In this document: positions 33,101-40,523 of the stretch, piece by piece
How positions within the stretch are numbered: position 1 is the first letter of the stretch
Layout of the letters: every line of letters begins with the position of its first letter
Assembly: GCA_004431415.1 (NCBI GenBank)
Contig: QPMI01000146.1
Span: 1 to 40,523, forward strand
Direction of reading: 5' to 3'
DNA: 40,523 bases
DNA from: Cyanophora paradoxa CCMP329
Taxonomy: Eukaryota; Plantae; Glaucophyta
The notes under the pieces: generated by a model
Databases searched by the model: none
Seen by the model: only the letters and a program-made list of their open reading frames with translations
Told to the model about the DNA's origin: nothing
Translations under genes and position numbers: made by a program

Positions 33101-33433
33101 AGTCTCACCAGAGCACCGCTTCAACTATAGGGACAGCAGCCGAGCTCACCGAGGCGTATCAGTGCAAGTCGAAGTCTGGACTAATGGACACTCTGGAATG
33201 TAAGCTTGCATAAGCTCGTGATCGGATTCTCTATCTGTTAAATTGACCGGCGCTTTAATTTCTTAGGCAAGAAGAGCAACCATGTCGACGAGGCCAAAGG
33301 GGTATTCGACGAATCCGAGCTCGAGTTCCAGCTTGATCTGGATACCCTCGACCTCAACGATGACATCTTCGCCGAGCTGGATTCGGAGGCTGCATTTTCG
33401 AGTGGCTCCAGCGAAGTGGCACTGGTCGAGTGA
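30166..33433 (+). CDS. Micro-exon-rich host gene encoding two tandem F-type lectin/discoidin (F5/8 type C-like) domains and an acidic tail; 5' end uncertain
   Basis: Spliced domain 1: DGTGEHGDFG..WHS..PQVSIVLE|KDFMIGEIDVYN|RSD|NGLGFRYDDIIIE|..VYQTP..|GDSIRITK|GQVLNFSEVDVWG. Domain 2: ..WKVDLQKDCAISSVKIHN|RTD|NGTSTRLKNFVVQV|VYETP..|GDAVKLS|GCINIGEVEVIG. Stop TGA 33431-33433. Confidence 0.75.
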
Positions 33434-34350
33434 CGTCGACATGATCACGACGTCGACACCTCGCAGTTTCCAAAAAATTAGAATTTCGTATAGCGACTTA
33501 AGCTTGATCGTTCAATCCACGATTGATATCGAAATCTCGATCGATCGTTCCTTCTTTTACTCTATAGCTAGATCTCCACTTCTCGCGATATCGATCGCAC
33601 AAACGTTAACCGTTTGCATGCGCAAGCTCCCGGAGTCCGGGATCCGTGGATGTAATCATGATCATGATCAGATCGCTGTGTTAGGAAATACATATGCATA
33701 TTCATTATATTGTGTGTTCGCCCGCTGCGTTGCGCTGCGAATTCGAAATTTTAGCTATAGCGGAGCACAGCCGACACTGACTCAGTGAGCACGCGTGATC
33801 ATGAAGTGAATTTCAGAGCAGTCTAAAGCAAGGACATTTTTGGATCCGCGCGAATGCATATATCTAGCCGTGCAGAAGTTGGCTTCGATCGGAGGGCGCT
33901 GCGCCCCGGCCCCCTCTCCAGCCCTCGACAGCGCAAGCTTTAAGGCAGCTGCAGCTCTGCCCCATCTGCCCCCATCAGGCCTCCACGCCCGCCCCGCCGG
34001 CGGGGGCGGCCTAGGCCTGGGGCGCCCTCCACCGCGCCCTGTTCCGATATATACCGCACCGCCCGCGTGCGCCCGCACCCCCTTCAGCCCGCTTTTTCAA
34101 GCAGCTTCTGGCCTCTCGCTGAGGGGCGGGCCCGGGCGCAGGATCCGAAGTGGCCGGCGAGCTGCCCGCCTTCTTCCTCCCCACCCTCCTCTAGATCTAG
34201 ATATAGCTTCCCTGCCGTACCCCCGTCCCCTTCAAACTTCCCACCCCTCCCCTCTCTGGCACGGCTGTACGGCTTGCTGATGGTACAAGGGCCGCCCGGG
34301 GTACACACATGCATACAGGACTTGGGGGCGGGTCACGGTCGATATCGGGC

Positions 34351-37300
34351 CTAGGGGGCGGGGATGACCTTGGGGCTGCCTGGGGCCCCGCCGGCCGTCC
34401 CGGGGCCCCACTGGACGCGCTGCACGGAGACGGAGCGCGCCGCCGGGCGGTGCAGCGCCGGCTTGAGCGAGGGCGAGGCCGGCACGGGGGGCGGCGGCGG
34501 CGGCACGGCGATGCCGGGCGGGGCCGGCTCGGCGGCGCCGAGGAGCGGGGCGAGGGCGGACTGGGCGCGGGAGGCGGCGAGGTCCGAGGGCCCCGCGAGG
34601 GGCTCCGGGGCGCCCCCCGCGGAGGGCGCGAGGGCGGCGTCGAGGGCGGGCCCGCGGGGGGCCCCCACCGCCTCCAGCACCGCCCGCCTGCACGCGCGCG
34701 CGCGCCCCTGTCAGTCAGCTCTGGGGGAGGAGGAGGCCGCCGCTGCTGCGTGGGAGGGGCCGCCGGGCGCGCACGCGAGGGCCGGCTCGCTGGGGGCCGC
34801 CCCCGCTGGCACCAGGTAGACCCTGCGAGGGGCGCTGGCGTGAAGCGGAGAATGCTGGAGCGGGGACGGGGGAGCGCACGCGCGGGGGCCCGGCGTAAGG
34901 AGAAAGTCCGCCGAGGGGACCGGCCCCTGCGCGCGGGGCCGCGCCGTTCAAGGCGGGCGGGAGGGGTCGGCGGGCGGGGCGGGCCTCGGCGAGGAGGGCG
35001 TCCAGCTCGATCGCGCGCGGCGTCTGCTGCGCCGACGGCCGCGCCAGCAGCCGCAAACGCGCCTGCCGGCGCGCCAAGCTCAGACCGCGGGCGCTGGGGT
35101 CAACAACGAGAAAACGAGCGGCTTCGCACCTCTCCGCCGCAGGCGGCGAGGGCGGCGGAGGGGGCCTCCCTGCGCCCGCGGGGCCGGGCTCGGAACGGCG
35201 GGACGGACGGACTGAAGGGAGGCGGGGCGGGGCGGCGCGGGCGCAGGCGCACAGGAGGGCCCCCGTGAAGCCGTCCCCTGCAGCGGCCCCGCCTTGTCAG
35301 GGCCGGCGGAATGCAGAAGGCGGAAGGGAAGAGGGCGGACGGGCGGGGGAGGCGAGGGAGCGGGCGGGCCCGGCGGCGAGCTCGAGGCGCAGCGCCAGCG
35401 GCTCCAGCGCCGGCGCCACGGCGAGCTCTGCCCCGGCGGCCTCAGCGAGGGGGAGGGCGGGCGGGCGCGCAGGAAGGGCGGCGCGCCGCAGACGCGAAGG
35501 CGGAGGGCGGCGGGGTCCAGCGCCGCCGCAGGGGGCGGCGAAGACGCCACCAGCGGCGCCCCGGCCTGCGCAGCAGGACGGAAGGAGGACGGGAAGGGGG
35601 AGGGGCGGGGGGGAGGGAAGGGGGGGGGGGGTACGGGAAGGGCCTCGCCGAGGACGACCCGGCGCACGGCCGGCGGGGACGGCTGCGCGGGCCTCACGGG
35701 GCGAACGAAGGCGGGGGGCGGGAGGGGGAATCCGCAGGGGCGGGGCGGGGCGCGCGGGGCGGGCGGGGGGGTCGACGTCGGGGTAGAAGACGCCGCGCTC
35801 GCTGTCGAAGCCCCGCACTGCGCGAACGGAATCCGGAGGAATGTCGGAGCGGAGGGGGCGGGCAGGAGAGATCAAGCAAGCTTAAGCAAGCTTGGCCCAG
35901 GGCTGGGCCCGGGGGGCGGATGCGGGTAGGGTACCGCGGAGGAGGATGGATCCCGAGGGCGGGCGCGCGTTGTGCCGCCCGCTCGGCCCCCGGTCGTCGG
36001 GCGCCGGCCTGCAGCGCCGGTCCCGGTGGGCGGGCAGAGTGGCGGCGGCGGGGGGGGGGAGGCGCACCGCGGGGCGGGTACGTCCTCGTCGGCCCCTCGG
36101 GCCCGCCAGCGGCGGCAGCGCCGCCGCTGCCTCCGCCGCCGCCGTTCCGGGCCGGTCGCGGGGTGGCGGGTCGAGGCCGCGGGGTCGCGGGCGGCGCGGG
36201 CGGCCTTGGCGTCGCCGGCGGCGGCGGCGGTGGGCGCGGCGCGGCCCTCGGAGTCCCGCAGCTGCCCCGCCGCCGGCCCCGCTCGCTCGAAAGGCGTTTA
36301 GAGTGGGGCTGCGCGGGGCGGGGCGTACGGGGAACCAGCCGTCGACGGCGCGGCGCTGCCGAACCTCGGATATCAGGAGCGTCACCTGCCGGCCCCGCGC
36401 AACCCGCGTCAGGCGGGACCAGGCGTGACGGACCGGGCCGGGCGGGGCGGGGCGGGGCGGGGCGGGCCTGGCCGAGGAGGGTGTCTGGGAGGAAGGCGCG
36501 GTGCCGCCAGAGTTCGACCCGCGCCTCGTGCGGCTCCCCCGTCGCCACCCTGCGGCGAAAAGGAGGAGGCTCCGGCTCGGCGGGGCGGGGCGGGGCGGGG
36601 GGAGGAGGAGGGGGGGGGGGGGGGGGGGGAGGGGCGGGGAGCGCACAGCGTCGCTTGCTCGTGGAACTCGAGGCGCCCGCCCCGCCGCGGCAGCCCTGCC
36701 GCCCTTCAGATCCAAGCGCGGGGCGGGGCGGGCGGGGCGGGCGGGGGCCCGGCACGGGTGGGGGCCTGCAGCCGCTGCGTGCAGGCGCCCATGCGGCACA
36801 CGGCGTACAGCAGCGGCTGCCGCGCCGCCGCCCGCGTCGGGCGAGCCGAGCCGAGCTGAAGGGGCGGGGCGGGGCGGGGAGAGCGGACGCGGCGGAAGAG
36901 GCCGCGGGGCACGCGGAGGTCCTTCGCCTCCAGGAGGGTGAGGCGGAGGCGGGCCGTCCCCGCGGGGGCCACCGCACTGTGCTCCACCCGGCCCCCCTCC
37001 CCCGGCAGCCGCACCACAACCTAGCCCGACAGTCCCCGGCCGACGGTCAGCGCCCGCCCGGGCCCGGTAGCCGGGCACGAGAGAAGATTAAGGGTCGGGA
37101 CGGACGCGGATGCGGCCGGTGGGGTGGTGCCGCCCCGAGGGGCTCCGCACTTCGACCCAGACGTCCTTCGTCGCCCCGCCCGTCAGCGCGCACGACGGCA
37201 GCGAGCCCTGCCGAGACGATTGAGAGGGGCGATGGCGGGAAGGGTGCGGGCGGGCAGCGGGCGCGCGGAGCCGAGGCGGCGAGGCGGGAGGCCGGCGATG

Positions 37301-38706
37301 CCCTCCTGCCAGAGCTCCGCCCCAAGGGCGCACGTCCCGCCGCCCTCCGCGGGGGCGCGCCTGCCGCCCGGTCGATATCAGACGCCGATTGCGGAGGGGG
37401 GAAGGCGCAGAAGAGGGGCGGACAGCCCCAGCTCGGCGTCCCAGACCACGTGCCCGCCGGAGTCCGTCGCTGCGCGCCGCGCTCAGGCAGGGCGAACGGG
37501 CCGGCGGCGCAGAGCGAGGAGAGGACGCGCAGGCGAGGAGGGTCTCGGCGCGGTCGCCGCCGAACGTGAAGGCGGCGAAGACGCGGATGCCCGCCGCGAG
37601 CCCCTCCGCCTCCAGCGCTGCGGCCCCGTCGCGCGCCGCGGGGCCCGGCGGCGCCGGCGGGCGCGGGCGGCGCGCCGGTGATGTGGAGGCGGCGGGCGGC
37701 GGGCCCCTCGACGACCTGCACTCCGCCCGCCGGCGTGGCCACCGCCTGCATCGCCCGCGGGGCCGGCACCAGCGCGCAGCCCGCCGCCGCCGTCGCCGCC
37801 GAGCAACCGCCCGCCGGCGGGTGCTGTGCCGAAGCGGCTTCCGAGGCGGACGCGCACGGGAGGGCGCCTGGGACGCACTGGCGCGTGCGCGAAGTGGAAG
37901 TCTCGGATGACCGGCGGGGCCGTCAGCTGCGGCGGCGGCGGCGGGGCCGACGGCGGCGGCGCGGCCTTCGGCGGAGCCGCTCCAGCGCCACTCTCAGCTC
38001 GCCGACCTGCGGCGGCGGCGGCGCGGGCGTCGCGATCGGCCGCGGCCGCGATGCGACCTGCAGCCACAGCGGCCGCGCCGCACCTGCCGCTCGCCGCGGA
38101 GGTCCCACAGCGTCGCCGTCGCTGCGAGCGGCTCCGCCCGCGCCGAGCGCGGCAGCGCGAAAGTGGCCTGCGCGCGGAGCGCAGTCGTCACGGGTGGGCT
38201 GGAGGCAGACCGGGCCCCGCGGCAGGGGCGCGCACCGAACCGAGGAAGAATTCGACGACGCCAGCCCACATGACGTCCCACACTTCAGCCGTCAGATCCG
38301 GCGTGCCCTGCGCGTTCTGCTTGGCCCCTGTGTCTCCGTTTGAATCCGCGTCCGGGTGCGTAGCGGGCGAAGACGGCTCCTCGCTGCGATGTGGATTTGA
38401 ACTCGTTTTTGTTGCAAATCCGTCGCGCGGCGGCGCACGGCGGCAGCGGGAGCTCCAGCGCGTCGCCCCAGGCCGGCTCCGTCCCGCTCGCATCTCCGGT
38501 CGACACGCTGTGTTCCCCGAGCACCAGCCTCACGTGCGGACGGATCTGCGGCGCGCTGAGGCGCGCGTACGCGCGGGGAAAGGCAGCGCGGGCACGTTGC
38601 GGAAGGGCGCGACGGGCACGAGCCCTCGAGCGTCAATTACTACCGACACCGCGTCAGCAGCGACTCGCGAGCCTCAGCGCCCGCGCGCACCGCGTACGCG
38701 AAGCAT
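34351..38706 (-). CDS. Multi-exon host protein with at least two C2 domains; internal exons and 3' end approximate
   Basis: Spliced N-terminus MLRVR|VIDARGLVPVAPFRN|IRPHVRLVLGEHSVSTGDASGTEPAWGDALEL..DLTAEVWDVMWAGVVEFFLG|ATFAL..|VGELRVAL. Second domain ARLRLTLLEAKDL..LYAVCRMG..ARVELWRHRAFLPDTLLG..DGWFP. Likely last exon ends at TAG 34351-34353. Confidence 0.7.
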
Positions 38707-38932
38707 TCGGCGAGGGGGGCAGAAGTTGAAGGTGGGGGAATGAGCTCGCGGGGGCTACCGGTGCGAATGATCATGCGCACGTGCGGAGCGTGGCCCGTGC
38801 GGCGTGGCGGCTTCACACGGACGCGTGCAGGCCGAACGACCTCCCGCTCGCCTCGCCTCTGCTCTCATTCGCATCTTTGCTCTCCGCCTTCCCGCAGTCC
38901 TCCTCCGCTCTCAACCCTAGCGCTAGCGCACC

Positions 38933-39598
38933 ATGGCGGCGTTCTTCTTCCCCTCGCCCGTGCCCGTGCCCGTCCCGGTGCCGGTGCCTGTGCCGAACCC
39001 GTGGATCCGGCGCGGCGTTGCCTCGTCCTCGACGAGCCCTGTTCCGCTGCGCTCGAGCTTCGCTGGGCGGCAGCTGCGGCCGCAGCCGGCGCAGAGCTTC
39101 GAGCCGGCCACTCCGATCCGCCGGGTGAGAAATGCGCTTCTCTATCTATCTTCATGTCCGTTGCTTACGCCCGCGGTGCGCAGTTCGAGGCGGTTGAGGC
39201 GAAGACGCCGCGGCGGGCGCCGGTCGACCCGGAGGCGATCCCGCCGATCTCGCAGGCAATCCCGACGCGGCTGAACATCAATCCGGCGGGGACCGGCCGG
39301 TTCGGCTTCGGCAGCAACTCCGAGCTGTGGAATGGGCGGCTGGCGATGCTCGGGCTCGTGGCGGGCCTCGGCCAGGAGGCGGTCACGGGCCAGGGCATCT
39401 TCGCGCAGATCGGCCTCGACCGGTGCGGGGCGCCGGCTGCTGCGCATGCGCGGCGCAGGCGGTTGCTGACGGGGCGGGGCGCGCAGGCCGCTCGACAAGC
39501 TGCTGGTGCTGCTCGCGCTGCTCGGCGTCTCGGCGGCGACCTCGATCGGCTACATCGCCATCAACACCGCCGACCGCGCCCCGCAGGAGGAGCCCTGA
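38933..39598 (+). CDS. Plastid-targeted two-helix stress-enhanced protein (SEP; LHC/ELIP/HLIP superfamily), 3 exons (38933-39124, 39184-39422, 39487-39598)
   Basis: MAAFFF transit peptide; chlorophyll-binding motif FGFGSNSELWNGRLAMLGLVAGLGQEAVTGQG; second TM helix LLVLLALLGVSAATSIGYIAI; GT-AG introns of 59 and 64 nt keep the frame. Confidence 0.9.
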
Positions 39599-40523
39599 GC
39601 GCCCGCCCTCGGCTCGCGAGCCCGGCCCGCCGGCCCGGTCCGCTGTATCTCTCCCGTAGCGTCTAGCGCTCAGGCCGTGTAGTAGGTAGCAGTATACGTA
39701 GTCGTGGGGTCTCTTAGTTTACTTGCACAGTGTTGGTTTTGAATTTTGCCTTCGCTTCACGTATCTTCGATCTTGTTCGTGGCTTCGAGGAATGAACAAG
39801 CGAGTCCCTGCGGAGCAGGAGTGGCCTTGGGTCTTGGGGTTTCAAGGGGTGAGGGTGGCCGCTCTTTGTTTTAAAACGGGGCCCGCAACCGCGCGCGGTT
39901 ACTGTTGAGAGGACTACGCCGCCTAGTAGCTTCTAGCTTGGTCTAGCGCTAGCTAGCGCCAGCGACACGTATACGCGTATACGCCGATAGCTAGGCTTCG
40001 TCGTATAGCAACGCCGGCGCATGCTGGCGCGGCCGCGGCGCCGGCGTCGATATCGATCGCGACGTCGACGTCGACGTCGGCGCCCGGCGCCGGCGCATGC
40101 TAGCTACAGCGCTAGCGCTGGCGCTCGATCGTTAACGTTGATCGCGATCGTTTGCGAAGCGACGCGCGGCGATTCCGCCGGCGAAGCGCCTAGTGACTCC
40201 AGCCTTCCAGCCGGGTACAGAGGCTCTTTGCAATTTCCATCGGCGAAGGGGAAGCAAGCTGGAACCAATGAAAATCGCGCTTGTCCGTGAATGGGTGAAT
40301 TGACTTTTTGTGCCAATGGCGATCGGGCTTGACGCGAACAATTTCGTTCGTACGTGCTGTTAGTGCATGTTAGAGGTGTCACATTTGAAAAGTAGCGCCG
40401 CCATCGTGTTCCCTAGGGTCGAAAATGGGTACCTAGGTCCAAAAATTTTGACCTGAATCGCATTTTGAATCCACTGACAAGACAGGCACAGACCTAAGGG
40501 CCTCTCCTTTCCCAAGGCCGATA

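Noticed and set aside
34232-38343. Long plus-strand Arg/Gly/Ala-rich ORFs (e.g. 35311-37569, 752 aa)
   Set aside because: Shadow ORFs caused by extreme GC content, antisense to the spliced C2 gene.

Overview
Eukaryotic nuclear DNA from a GC-rich alga with short (about 50-65 nt) introns. The host is probably a glaucophyte such as Cyanophora, inferred from an MAAF-type transit peptide on a two-helix SEP gene. Bases 1 to about 15.5 kb are a different kind of DNA: gene-dense, nearly intron-free and virus-like. I read this as the right part of an endogenous dsDNA virus (Polinton-like virus/virophage-like). It carries a penton-like ORF, a giant HxH-repeat fibre protein, a fibre with a peptidase-S74 chaperone domain, an FN3 plus glycine-rich protein, two tandem paralogous beta-rich proteins and an HNH nuclease. 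It also has a promoter-like motif at near-fixed spacing before almost every ATG, and three (ACTTGGG)n G-quadruplex-type modules. No major capsid protein, packaging ATPase, polymerase or integrase was recognised in the window, and the viral ORFs are heavily frameshifted, probably by long-read errors. The rest is host DNA: a duplicated gene 3' fragment, a multi-exon gene with about 15 canonical TQT/VQT (LC8-binding) motifs plus variants, a cluster of transposon remnants, a micro-exon gene with two F-type-lectin/discoidin domains, a multi-C2-domain gene and a SEP gene. Host non-coding DNA is full of micro-palindromic insertions. All calls come from reading and translating by eye; no database searches were run.
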